Shown here: in pieces, positions 19,272 through 28,501 of the stretch | How the letters are laid out: each line of letters begins with the position of its first letter | How positions within the stretch are numbered: position 1 is the stretch's first letter | Source of the DNA: Candidatus Bathyarchaeota archaeon | GTDB taxonomy: Archaea > Thermoproteota > Bathyarchaeia > Bathyarchaeales > Bathycorpusculaceae | Assembly: GCA_963715865.1 (NCBI GenBank) | Contig: OY970280.1 | Location: 2,080,001 to 2,144,000 of the forward strand | Direction: 5' to 3' | Length of the DNA: 64,000 nucleotides | Made by a program: the position numbers and the translations under genes | Notes under the pieces: model-generated | Database searches by the model: none | What the model was told of the DNA's origin: nothing | Seen by the model: only the letters and a program-made list of their open reading frames with translations

Positions 19272-19955
19272 CTATTCAAAATTCTTGTATTTTCGAATGT
19301 AGTTACATAGCTCATAGATTTCACGACTATATACTAGACAGTTGTAAACGTCACATTCGTTTTTCCGAAAATATTGTAGAGCATGCTCCAAACTCTCTTC
19401 AGGTGGCAATTCACCGTTAGCTCTTAGGGTATAGAAGTATTGTCCTTTTCCATCAAACCAGAATTCCTCAACTTGAGGTTTATATATTAAACCGAATTTG
19501 CTGTATGTAGAAAGAGTTCCAAGCTCTACTACTATGTACTTTTCCGAATCCATTTTCCCAAGAACATCAACTTTATTGCCACCATAAAACCATTCTTCAA
19601 TTTGAATTTTATCAAAAGGAATTCTTTTGTATTTATTTAAGCAATGTATAGCCTGATGCAGGTTTTCATGACTACCTTGCTTTATAGACCCATCTTTGAA
19701 ACCCCTAGATTGAGGAGTCTCCCAATAACCACAATCATAAACGGTTCGTGAGCTATCATTGTCTTTTCTTTTCTTCTCGACAATCTCACTAATGAATGAA
19801 ATAGAACTTATCTTCCAATATTGTTTCCTTACAATCTTACTTAACCATTCGATGTAGCATGGTGTAAGACGACAATCCCATCCAATATCAAAAATTTGTA
19901 TTATTGCATCGTGATTATTCTTTATGTTAGCTGTTCCCATGTTGGTTATTTTCAT
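19272..19955 (-). CDS. Hypothetical protein, possible PD-(D/E)xK-like nuclease fold
   Basis: H..L...I....IQIEEW....KVDVLG...YIVVELG pattern; weak. Confidence 0.55.
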   Translation of the reverse strand: MKITNMGTANIKNNHDAIIQIFDIGWDCRLTPCYIEWLSKIVRKQYWKISSISFISEIVEKKRKDNDSSRTVYDCGYWETPQSRGFKDGSIKQGSHENLHQAIHCLNKYKRIPFDKIQIEEWFYGGNKVDVLGKMDSEKYIVVELGTLSTYSKFGLIYKPQVEEFWFDGKGQYFYTLRANGELPPEESLEHALQYFRKNECDVYNCLVYSREIYELCNYIRKYKNFE

Positions 19956-19973
19956 ACTATGCAGATTTAAGAC

Positions 19974-20321
19974 TTATTGCCACCAATGCTTTTTCGGTTC
20001 AATAAAGAGAACTCTGTCATTTTGCGTTAATTCGCAAACCTTATTCAAACCGTATTTTTCGACTTTCACTTCATAAGAGCCCTCTGCAAGTTCAGCAGTT
20101 ACGTTACCATTATTGTCGGTATTCATCGAGAGTATCAACTTTTTAAATGGAGTTCCATTTTTGAGATTTTCAGCCCATTGTTTGAGCGTTATTGGTGTCT
20201 TTTCCAATCTGAAAACTTTAACGTTAACATCCTTGATTGGTTTATTTCCTTGAAAATTCACCACTCTTACAACAATCACATAAGTCTTTTCTAAAGCGAC
20301 AGCAACTTCTTGTGTGTCCAA
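19974..20321 (-). CDS. Carboxypeptidase-regulatory/prealbumin-like beta-sandwich protein
   Basis: PIKDVNVKV...TDNNGNV...LAEGSYEVKVEKYG pattern; no signal peptide. Confidence 0.65.
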   Translation of the reverse strand: MDTQEVAVALEKTYVIVVRVVNFQGNKPIKDVNVKVFRLEKTPITLKQWAENLKNGTPFKKLILSMNTDNNGNVTAELAEGSYEVKVEKYGLNKVCELTQNDRVLFIEPKKHWWQ

Positions 20322-20553
20322 TGTAAAACCCTGAATAATTTTATTCTGTAACTTGCAGATTTAAGACTTTTGAACAGAGGATCGGTTAACTCATAGCTGG
20401 CTGAATGCGTCCCTCTTAACGGTTGGATTGCGTGCGACAACAATAAACTTTTCCCAATGTTTAAGCCATTGGTCGCTGATGCTAAAAGTTTATCGTTGGC
20501 GCTTAATTTTCAACGCATCAACAAAAAAAATTACATAGCGGTTCTTGACTGCG

Positions 20554-20731
20554 TTGCCCTCACTCAAACGGGCAATAAACAAGAACTAAATGAGCGGACT
20601 CGCAAGACCGCGCATTTGAGCTGTCTTGACAGCTCCTCGTAAAATTATTAAGCAAAAGTTCTTTCTGGCATCTCTTTTTTGCAAGAAAGAGTGCTTAGGT
20701 TGGCGTTCGTGCGAAGCGGGCGAAGCCCGCT
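20554..20731. repeat. Cluster of five inverted repeats
   Basis: TTGCCC/GGGCAA 20554-20575; AAATG.GCGG..TC-GCAA-GA.CCGC.CATTT 20588-20617; GAGCTGTC/GACAGCTC 20618-20635; CTCTTT/AAAGAG 20672-20691; AGCGGGC-GAA-GCCCGCT 20715-20731. Confidence 0.75.
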
Positions 20732-20849
20732 GAGCCTTTCCTTGTTAGCATAAATACAAAACTTCACGTTTTGCTTAGAACTGAGATAATAAACTTGTTA
20801 ATTTTCAGAGCCAACGCTACTTAATCGATAGTATTAGATTTGAAGCTCA

Positions 20850-21056
20850 TCATCTGCAGAAGTATTCTAGTGGAGCATACCAGTAGACCGTGAATGTTTT
20901 TTTGCAATCTTGGTTTTTGCACCTTACTTTCTTTTGAATGATTTTGCCATGGGAACCTTTTTGTGTTGGCTTTGCTGATGAGAATGCTGAGTGGAGTTTA
21001 TCAGGCGCTTCGACTTCAAGGATTTCATTGCAGGATGGGCATTCAAGAACAGCCAT
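20850..21056 (-). CDS. Small zinc-ribbon protein
   Basis: CPSC...CKNQDC, 68 aa; SD-like GGTG upstream. Confidence 0.7.
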   Translation of the reverse strand: MAVLECPSCNEILEVEAPDKLHSAFSSAKPTQKGSHGKIIQKKVRCKNQDCKKTFTVYWYAPLEYFCR

Positions 21057-21330
21057 AATGCACCATCTGTATTATTAATACGCTGAACTTTATTATAAAT
21101 CCTGATGTTCTCGGAGGAATGTATTTTCGTTTGTTTTGGTTCTTGTTTCTGAGCCAGAAAGCGCCTGTTCCAACGTGCTTATGCGTCTTTCTAAGGATTT
21201 GAGTGCTTTTTGGCTATTTCTATGCTGTGCAGATTAAAGACTTTTTAATTAGGCAAAAAACCAAAAACGCCCAAGAGGCAGGAGCTATATTGGCTTAAAA
21301 AAGAAACAATTTTGATGCAAAGTTCTTACA

Positions 21331-21522
21331 TCATCTTGCGAGAACTCTCTTTACTACTGGCGGTTTCGTCTTCTTTAAAACTCTGTATCCGCATACGATA
21401 CATTTGATTTCGCCGCCTCTCTCATCAATGTTTTCGCCCATCGTGGTTGCTCCGCACCGAAGGCACTCGTAAGATTGATTTCCTCCCAAATTTCTACGTG
21501 GGCTTCTACCATATTCGAACAT
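21331..21522 (-). CDS. rpo12: RNA polymerase subunit Rpo12 (RpoP)-like protein
   Basis: YECLRCG...RGGEIKCIVCGYRVLKKTKPPVVKRVLAR; start either ATG 21522 or TTG 21489. Confidence 0.8.
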   Translation of the reverse strand: MFEYGRSPRRNLGGNQSYECLRCGATTMGENIDERGGEIKCIVCGYRVLKKTKPPVVKRVLAR

Positions 21523-21574
21523 GTTCAAATTTTCCATTTTTTTCATATCATTACTTAAGCAATTATTTACCATC

Positions 21575-21697
21575 CTACTTATGCCTACCTTTCTTATACT
21601 TCCCCATGCCACAATCAAGACACTTAACGACATCTTCATCTTCTTCAAGGCGAGTGCTACCACAATAAGAACACCTTGGACATAAAACGTTATTCAA
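21575..21697 (-). CDS. 40-aa zinc-ribbon microprotein (not in ORF track)
   Basis: Manual translation MNNVLCPRCSYCGSTRLEEDEDVVKCLDCGMGKYKKGRHK; TTG start. Confidence 0.55.
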   Translation of the reverse strand: MNNVLCPRCSYCGSTRLEEDEDVVKCLDCGMGKYKKGRHK

Positions 21698-21737
21698 TTT
21701 TTTCTCTGTTGTTATTTGGCTTCACTCTTTGTAGTTG

Positions 21738-21878
21738 TTATTTAGTTTCACCCTTCTTCTTGGTGTCCGTATAGGTTTTCTTTTTCACTTTCTTTCTAAT
21801 CGGGCAATTAAGTCGAATACTCGATTTGCACCTGCGACAGTTCTTAACTAAACCTGCTCTATATTGACACATTTTCAT
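21738..21878 (-). CDS. 46-aa basic Cys-containing microprotein (not in ORF track)
   Basis: MKMCQYRAGLVKNCRRCKSSIRLNCPIRKKVKKKTYTDTKKKGETK; GAGGT SD; ATGA overlap with upstream ORF. Confidence 0.55.
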   Translation of the reverse strand: MKMCQYRAGLVKNCRRCKSSIRLNCPIRKKVKKKTYTDTKKKGETK

Positions 21879-22039
21879 TTACCTCTTTTCTCATGTTTAC
21901 ACTCATTGCTCTTATGTTTATACTCATTGCTTTTTTTAGCTATGAAGCATTCGTATTCTGGATAGTGACCGTTCCGCATCTTCGGGTTAACTGAACAAGT
22001 CTTAAAAGTGTGGCAGTTAGGACATATTCGTTTTATCAT
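21875..22039 (-). CDS. 54-aa Cys/His microprotein (not in ORF track)
   Basis: MIKRICPNCHTFKTCSVNPKMRNGHYPEYECFIAKKSNEYKHKSNECKHEKRGK; AGGTGA SD. Confidence 0.55.
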   Translation of the reverse strand: MIKRICPNCHTFKTCSVNPKMRNGHYPEYECFIAKKSNEYKHKSNECKHEKRGK

Positions 22040-22060
22040 TTTTTTCACCTGCCTACCTTT

Positions 22061-22240
22061 TCACCTAAAATTTAATGAGTTGCTTAAATTTTCTCGGAAA
22101 ATGAAGGCTTCACCTTGACCTTTTAACCAGCGTTGAAAATATTTATTTTTGCCTTCAAGCCATCGTTCAACTTCAGATTGTTGCTCCAGAATGGCTCTAT
22201 CTGGGATTTGCGCCTCAATTAAGTCACTATTTTGTTCCAT
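22061..22240 (-). CDS. 59-aa microprotein, probably leaderless (not in ORF track)
   Basis: MEQNSDLIEAQIPDRAILEQQSEVERWLEGKNKYFQRWLKGQGEAFIFRENLSNSLNFR; TTTAAATA at 22260-22267. Confidence 0.5.
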   Translation of the reverse strand: MEQNSDLIEAQIPDRAILEQQSEVERWLEGKNKYFQRWLKGQGEAFIFRENLSNSLNFR

Positions 22241-22508
22241 GACTTACGTACAAGGAGGATATTTAAATAGTTTTTGAAACGCTCACTTTGATAAATTAAA
22301 GTTTATTTATGGTACAATACAATGACTATATTAGGCTTAAACGTTTTAGAAGTGGTTTTTGTTGCCTAGCCAGAAGAACTCCCAATTCAACATAACCAGC
22401 GGCATGGTGCGGGGGGACCAGCGGAAAAGCCACTTAAAACTTATCTGGTTGAGGAAAGAGAAAATTTCGTGTTTATCGATTTATAGAAGATAAGCAAAAA
22501 AGAAAATA

Positions 22509-23087
22509 TTATTTTTCTTGTTCCAGTTCTATTCGGCATTCGTCACAGATGTTTTGTCCGTTTCGTTCCATCAAGTTTTCAGAGTACATGTTGCAGCGGT
22601 CGCAGTATCCAGAGAGAGGAACCTCTTCAGTTTCTTCAGTTCGGGCAGCGCCTTCGATACGTGACTTTTCCTGGATCATCTCTATTAGTTCAGGCATTAC
22701 GCCTAGGATGTCTTTGCTTGAGATTATTCCGACAAGGTTGCCTTTGTAAATCACGCCGAGCCGTCTAATGTCCAGCCTGTTCATTCTTCGAGCTGCTTCA
22801 CTTATTGTTGCATCAGGTTCAATTGTTACCAATGGGGTTGTCATGATTTCTTTGGTATTAACTGTATCAGGCTTGAGGTTTTTAGCTAAAACCCTAATCA
22901 CCAAGTCTCGCTCGGTAATAATGCCTATTGATTTTCCAGCTTTATTCGTGACTATTACGCAGCCTAAATCGTTTTTATCCATAACAACGGCTGCTTTGTT
23001 TGAAGTTTCATCTTCATTCATGGTTACAACTGGGCTGCTCATCACGTCTTTTACCAGCATTCTTGTTCTCAATCCAATTTCAGACAT
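22509..23087 (-). CDS. CBS-pair protein with C-terminal zinc ribbon
   Basis: VKDVMSSPV..GIITERD; second CBS repeat; GYCDRC...ICDEC. Confidence 0.9.
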   Translation of the reverse strand: MSEIGLRTRMLVKDVMSSPVVTMNEDETSNKAAVVMDKNDLGCVIVTNKAGKSIGIITERDLVIRVLAKNLKPDTVNTKEIMTTPLVTIEPDATISEAARRMNRLDIRRLGVIYKGNLVGIISSKDILGVMPELIEMIQEKSRIEGAARTEETEEVPLSGYCDRCNMYSENLMERNGQNICDECRIELEQEK

Positions 23088-23218
23088 CCTAAATTTCACT
23101 TCCAACAATTTGGATAGGCTTAGCTTCACTGCAACAATAAAGAAACGCATAATTTAAGATTTGCTTAAATGAAAGGCATTCTATGAAGTTTTATTAGACT
23201 CCTTGCGGATAGGACACA

Positions 23219-24127
23219 ATGCCCAAAGAGGAATACCTTATGCTTCGAACAAACACTGAAAAACTCATAAAAATATCAGTCATGGGTGAAATAGCCAGCC
23301 CAACAATCAGGTCAGTCTACAACGTTTCGGCAACAGGAAAACCGCTAGTGTTACCCGGAGTAGGCGGCATAACCTATAATCTAAGAGTAGGCGATCCAGC
23401 ATGCGGGTGGGAAGCTGACCATGTGGAGCCAGGCGTTAGCGTGGAAAACAAGGAAAACGATGCCCGCTCAGGGCAGGCTGCTAACACGGCATTCAACGTT
23501 CTATCATGCGTTGGAAACGAAGCAACAGTAGTAAATGGCGACGCGAAAGACGCTAAGGGAACTGTCACAGGCAAGCACGGTGGAATCGAGCATGTGTTGG
23601 TTGATTTTCCCGCGGAAGCTTTGGAGAAGCTTGTGCTTGGAGATAGGATTCTTGTGAAAGCTTTCGGAGTAGGCTTAAAACTGGTTGATTTCCCAGAAAT
23701 TAAAGTCTTGAATATGGATCCCATGTTGCTTGAGGCGTGGAACCCCAAACCGAAAGGTGATAAATTGGAGGTGCCTGTTACGCATATTGTTCCAGCGGCT
23801 ATCATGGGTTCAGGTTTAGGTTCTAATCAGGTTAATTCGGGGGATTACGATATTCAATTGTTCGATGAAGCAGTCGTTGAGCAGTATGGGCTGGAAAACT
23901 TGAGGCTTGGCGATTTAGTGGCTATCATTGACGCGGACCACTCGTTTGGCAGAATTTACCGTCAAGGCGCTGTTTCAGTCGGCGTAGTAGTCCATACGAA
24001 TTGTGTTACGGCAGGACATGGTCCTGGAGTTACAACTTTGATGACGTCGCCTGATGGAAAAATTATCCCTCAAATAAATCTGAAAGCAAACATTGCCTCT
24101 CTCTTAAAGTTACGGGCAGATATATAA
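23219..24127 (+). CDS. DUF4438 family protein
   Basis: PGVGGITYN, DHVEPGVS, GKHGG, SGDYDI, GHGPGVT motifs. Confidence 0.8.
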   Translation: MPKEEYLMLRTNTEKLIKISVMGEIASPTIRSVYNVSATGKPLVLPGVGGITYNLRVGDPACGWEADHVEPGVSVENKENDARSGQAANTAFNVLSCVGNEATVVNGDAKDAKGTVTGKHGGIEHVLVDFPAEALEKLVLGDRILVKAFGVGLKLVDFPEIKVLNMDPMLLEAWNPKPKGDKLEVPVTHIVPAAIMGSGLGSNQVNSGDYDIQLFDEAVVEQYGLENLRLGDLVAIIDADHSFGRIYRQGAVSVGVVVHTNCVTAGHGPGVTTLMTSPDGKIIPQINLKANIASLLKLRADI

Positions 24128-24177
24128 GAAAGTTTATTCCATATTTGGGAGATAAGGAAAAAAAGAGGTTAAAATAG

Positions 24178-24471
24178 TTGCCATCTAAGCGAAAAAGCCG
24201 AGGAAGATCGAAAGGAAGCAAAGGCAGTAGCAGCCTCGTTCAATGCGCCAATTGTGGGGCAATGGTGCCGCGGGATAAAGCAAAGAGAAACACTCGCCGC
24301 GTTTCATTTGTTGAGCCTCAGTTAGCTAAGGAGCTTAGGCAAAAAGGCACATTCTTAGCTTCTTGGGTGGACACTAAATATTACTGTATTTCATGCGCTG
24401 TGCATCGTGGTATCGTTAAGGTTAGAGCCGAAAACGAAAGGCATTCAAGAGGTTATAAAAGAAGATACTAA
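24178..24471 (+). CDS. rps26e: 30S ribosomal protein S26e
   Basis: KRKSRGRSKG..VQCANCG..VPRDKAK..YCISCAVH.GIVKVR. Confidence 0.95.
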   Translation: MPSKRKSRGRSKGSKGSSSLVQCANCGAMVPRDKAKRNTRRVSFVEPQLAKELRQKGTFLASWVDTKYYCISCAVHRGIVKVRAENERHSRGYKRRY

Positions 24472-24475
24472 GCGG

Positions 24476-25117
24476 CTACACTATTTTTTTCTTTAGTTCC
24501 TTGTAAACGTGAAGTGCTCTTTGTATAACGGTTAGGTTTGCAAGCACCGCCAACAAGAATATACCATAACCTAAGGCTGGTAACCAGAAAAACGCCACTA
24601 TGCTCACGGCGGCTAAAATAAGCATGCGTTCTGCTCTTTCGGCCAAACCCACTGACTCCATTTTTATTCCAACTGCTTCAGCCCTTGCCCGACTATAACT
24701 AACCAGCAAGGAACCTGCTAAAGCTGCTAAGCCCCAAATTGGGCCCCAAGTTGGACCCCAAGCCGGGTTGCACAATCCAGCGATTATTATTCCTGCGTAT
24801 ACGGATGCGTCCGCGTACCTGTCAAGCAGAGAATCCAGGAAGCCGCCAAGTACGGTTGCTTGCTGATAGTTTCTAGCTATAATTCCGTCCAATGTGTCGC
24901 AGAATCCTGAGGCTAAAAGGAAAAACGTTGCTAGGAGAAGAAGCCATGAGGGTTGATTGGGAGTAAACGCGTATACTGCAGCTGACGATAATGCAAGAAT
25001 GAATCCTATGATGCTTACTTTGTTGGGAGTTAAGCCTATCTTATGTGCGGCTTTTGCTTGGGAAGTTAGCATTTGCTGAACTTTTTTCTTAAGTTTAGTA
25101 AGCAAGTTAACTCTCAA
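24476..25117 (-). CDS. CDP-alcohol phosphatidyltransferase (archaetidylinositol phosphate synthase-like)
   Basis: DTLDGIIAR....T..GGFLDSLLDRYAD signature; SYSRARAE. Confidence 0.92.
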   Translation of the reverse strand: MRVNLLTKLKKKVQQMLTSQAKAAHKIGLTPNKVSIIGFILALSSAAVYAFTPNQPSWLLLLATFFLLASGFCDTLDGIIARNYQQATVLGGFLDSLLDRYADASVYAGIIIAGLCNPAWGPTWGPIWGLAALAGSLLVSYSRARAEAVGIKMESVGLAERAERMLILAAVSIVAFFWLPALGYGIFLLAVLANLTVIQRALHVYKELKKKIV

Positions 25118-25223
25118 CCTGATATGTGTTAAAGTTCTTTATTGGCTGGCTGTAGAAAAGCCTTTCCCGTTAACTTGCTTATGGAAATTGTTGAATGGTT
25201 CTTGTTTATGGGTGTTTTTCAAT

Positions 25224-25241
25224 GGACTTATAAGGAAGTCC
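25224..25241. promoter_or_regulatory. Palindrome straddling TATA-like element upstream of alba
   Basis: GGACTT-ATAAGG-AAGTCC. Confidence 0.3.
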
Positions 25242-25333
25242 CGTATTAAGTTGGGCAGTAACGTTCCGTTACAAGGCAAATGCTAGTAACAGCAACGTTA
25301 CACAAAGCAACAACAAAAAAGGAGCAAAAGAAA

Positions 25334-25621
25334 ATGACTCAAAACGCAGATGTTATCTTCGTCGGAAACAAACCTCCAATGAGCTATGTTCTGGCAATCA
25401 TAACAAGCCTCTCCTCAGGAACCCTCAAAGAAATCACTTTGAAAGCTCGAGGCCAAGCCATAACCACCGCTGTTGACGCCGCTGAGATAGCAAGAAACCG
25501 GTTCATAAAAGACCTTAAAGTTAGCAAGATCGCTATCGGAACAGCAGAGATGCCACCACGTGAGGGAGAGAGCAAGTCCAGAATGGTTTCAACGATGGAG
25601 ATAACGCTAAGCAAAAAGTAA
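25334..25621 (+). CDS. albA: Chromatin protein Alba
   Basis: IFVGNKPPMSYV, LKARGQAITTAVD.AE, VSTMEI. Confidence 0.95.
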   Translation: MTQNADVIFVGNKPPMSYVLAIITSLSSGTLKEITLKARGQAITTAVDAAEIARNRFIKDLKVSKIAIGTAEMPPREGESKSRMVSTMEITLSKK

Positions 25622-25956
25622 AACTGGAACAGAGCAAACATAAGCAAGAAACCACTTCAAAACTTTCTTTTATTTTTTGATACTAATTGCTTTTTTACAT
25701 TGGCATTTCAAATTTGACCCTAACCTTTGAATCTGCATCCTGCTCATTCAACAGCGCCATCACAACCAAAAGCGACATTCTGGATCCAAATATCTTGTAC
25801 CCCCAATTCATTATTTTGTAAATTCAAAATATTAAAGAGGAGGAGATAGGTCACGCCTGAGTACTAGAGAACGTAAACTTGCAACTTAAGTGTTGTTTGC
25901 ATCGTAAGGTTAAATAGCTGATTTTGTTAGTTAGAGAATTATTTCGTGTGAGAGCA

Positions 25957-27247
25957 ATGTTAGATATCAAGCTTATTCGTGAGAACCCGGAATTTGTAAA
26001 AAACAATTTGGCGAAGCGTGGCAACCCTGAAGCCATCCAAATGCTGGAGGATTTAATCGCTGTTGACAAGGAATGGCGATTGAATCTCACTAAACTAAAC
26101 GAGCTGCGCCACCAGCGAAAGCAGGTAACTATAGAAATCGCTAAACTAAAAAAAGCTGGCAAGGAAGCCACAAGCGAAGTTGAAAGAGCACAAGACATCG
26201 ACGAAAAAATTACTTTGTTAGAAAAACAGGTAACCGAGCAAGAACAGAAAACACACGGCTACCTCATGCAACTCCCAAACCTGCTAGATGAAAGTGTTCC
26301 GCTTGGAAAAGACGCTAACGACAACGTTCAAATAAAAACCTGGGGAACAATCCCAAAATTCAATTTCCCAATAAAAAATCACATCGACTTAGCCTTAGAT
26401 TTAGACCAAATCGATATGGAAAGAGCAGGAAAAATATCTGGCGCAAGATTCTTCTACCTCAAAAACCAAGTCGCACTATTAGACATGGCGCTGATGAGCT
26501 TCGCCATCGAGGAACTAACAAAAAAAGGCTATACGCCAATTATACCGCCATATTTGATGAAGCGTGAAGCATACGAAGGCGTAACAGCACTAGGCGACTT
26601 CGCCGATGTCCTCTACAAAGTGGAAAACGAAGACCTATACCTAATCGCCACTTCAGAACACCCCATGGCTGCAATGTTCATGAACGAAGTCTTAAAAGAA
26701 CAAGACATGCCGCTAAAACTCGCTGGAATAAGCACTTGCTTCAGAAAGGAAGCTGGAGCACACGGCAAAGACACAAGGGGAATATTTCGCACCCACCAAT
26801 TCAACAAGATAGAACAATTCATCTTCTGCAAGCCAGAAGACTCAGCTAAGCTAGCATGAGGAACTACTGCAGAACGCTGAGGATTTACTTCAAAAACTTG
26901 AATTGCCGTATCGTGTTGTCAACGTTTGCACAGGCGACATTGGAACCGTAGCAGCCAAAAAATACGACATCGAAGCTTGGATGCCAGCGCAAAACGGTTA
27001 CCGCGAAGTTGTTTCATGCAGCAACTGCACCGATTACCAAGCAAGGCGCTTAGGCATTCGTTACCGGGAAAAAGAGGGTGCGCCACCAAAAGGGTTTGTT
27101 CATACATTAAACTCGACAGCCATAGCTACAGGCAGAACCATAGTTGCCATACTAGAAAACAATCAACAACAAGACGGCACAATAAACATACCGAAAGCCT
27201 TAAGAAAATACATGGGTAACCTCGAGAAAATAGACAGAAAACGCTAA
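25957..27247 (+). CDS. serS: Seryl-tRNA synthetase, one apparent +1 indel at ~26854
   Basis: [25 protein letters not shown] in frame 1; [33 protein letters not shown] after the shift. Confidence 0.92.
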
Positions 27248-27297
27248 ACCTTTTAATATTTCCTTGAGAATGTTGAGGCACGTTCGGAGAAATAAAT

Positions 27298-27912
27298 TTG
27301 TCTTCAAAAACAAAACATGTACGAGATAAATGGCGTGGAAAAGGATGGTACATGGTGATTGCGCCATCCTTCTTTGGCAACGTTGAGTTAGGTTCCATAC
27401 CAGCGCAAGAGCCAGAACAACTCATCGGCAGAGTTGTTGAAGCAACTTTATATGATATAACAAGCGACTTTTCTCATCATTATTTGAAAATGTTTTTCCA
27501 AGTTAACGAGATTGACGGAAAAACCGCCAAAACGCTCTTTAAGGGTCATGAATACTCACGAGATTACCTCCGAAGCCTGGTTAGAAGAAGAACAACAAAA
27601 GTTGATGCATTAATCAACCTCACTACAAAAGACGGATTCAAACTTAGAATTGCAGTTTCAGCGCTGACACTTTCCAGAATAAAGACATCACAAGAAAAGA
27701 TAATCCGCAAAATAATGGAAAAAATAATACATGAAAAAGCCGACGCATTATCACTCGACCAGTTCGTTCAAGAAATGGTTCTTGGAAAAATCGCTTCAGA
27801 CATCTACAACCAAGCTAAAGAAGTTGCACCACTAAGGCATGTCGGTATAAGAAAATCCAAATTAATAGCGCAACCGCAAGCGCCACTGCAAGAAGCCCAA
27901 GCTGAAGCATAA
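27298..27912 (+). CDS. rps3ae: 30S ribosomal protein S3Ae (eS1)
   Basis: DKWRGKGWY...IGRVVE.TL.DIT.D..DYLRSLVRRRTTKVD. Confidence 0.95.
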   Translation: MSSKTKHVRDKWRGKGWYMVIAPSFFGNVELGSIPAQEPEQLIGRVVEATLYDITSDFSHHYLKMFFQVNEIDGKTAKTLFKGHEYSRDYLRSLVRRRTTKVDALINLTTKDGFKLRIAVSALTLSRIKTSQEKIIRKIMEKIIHEKADALSLDQFVQEMVLGKIASDIYNQAKEVAPLRHVGIRKSKLIAQPQAPLQEAQAEA

Positions 27913-28008
27913 CCTAACTTATTATCATTCCTTTTCTTAAGGGCAAAATACTTTAGAAGCGATAATCTAAAATAAAATTCTTCAGGTGAACACTAAGGGG
28001 TATTATAT

Positions 28009-28467
28009 TTGTCGGCAAAAGCAGGAGTACATGAAAAAGGAACCTTCACAGTTCAAGACACCATAAACAACATTAAAAAAGACACCAACTACCACAAAGC
28101 CGGAGCAATAGCACTTTTTATCGGCGTAGTAAGAGGAGAAACCTTAGAGGGAGAAAAAGTCGAAAAGCTCAAACTGGAAGCATACGAAGAAAAAGCCAAC
28201 CAAGTCCTCACCAAAATATGCGATGACTTATCCAAAAAACCTGGAATAGTTAACGTTCAAATCCACCATTTACTCGGCGAATTCAACGTTGGAGACGATT
28301 TAGTTTATGTTGCAGTTGCTGGTTCTCACCGAACAGATGTTTTTCCAGTCCTGCGGGAAGCTGTAGAGAGATACAAAAGCGAAGCACCTGTTTTCAAAAA
28401 AGAACACGTAGTTGATTCAAAGGGTTCTGCAGCTGAATATTGGGTTTCAGAAAAACACAACCATTAA
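28009..28467 (+). CDS. moaE: Molybdopterin synthase catalytic subunit MoaE
   Basis: GAIALFIGVVR, LEAYEE, HR.DVF...EAVERYKSEAPVFKKE. Confidence 0.92.
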   Translation: MSAKAGVHEKGTFTVQDTINNIKKDTNYHKAGAIALFIGVVRGETLEGEKVEKLKLEAYEEKANQVLTKICDDLSKKPGIVNVQIHHLLGEFNVGDDLVYVAVAGSHRTDVFPVLREAVERYKSEAPVFKKEHVVDSKGSAAEYWVSEKHNH

Positions 28468-28501
28468 CATCTTCCTAAATCATCAATTGGCATGAAAGGG
28501 T

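Noticed and set aside
20410-20749. Integron attC site (TAAC...GTTAGC ends)
   Set aside because: The span (~330 nt) exceeds typical attC length, the core boxes do not fit RYYYAAC/GTTRRRY, there is only one copy and no integrase.
22405-22419. tRNA 3'-end-like GGTCCCCCCGCACCA on the minus strand as an att site
   Set aside because: Only ~12 nt, no T-arm, and it does not match the left-edge remnant.
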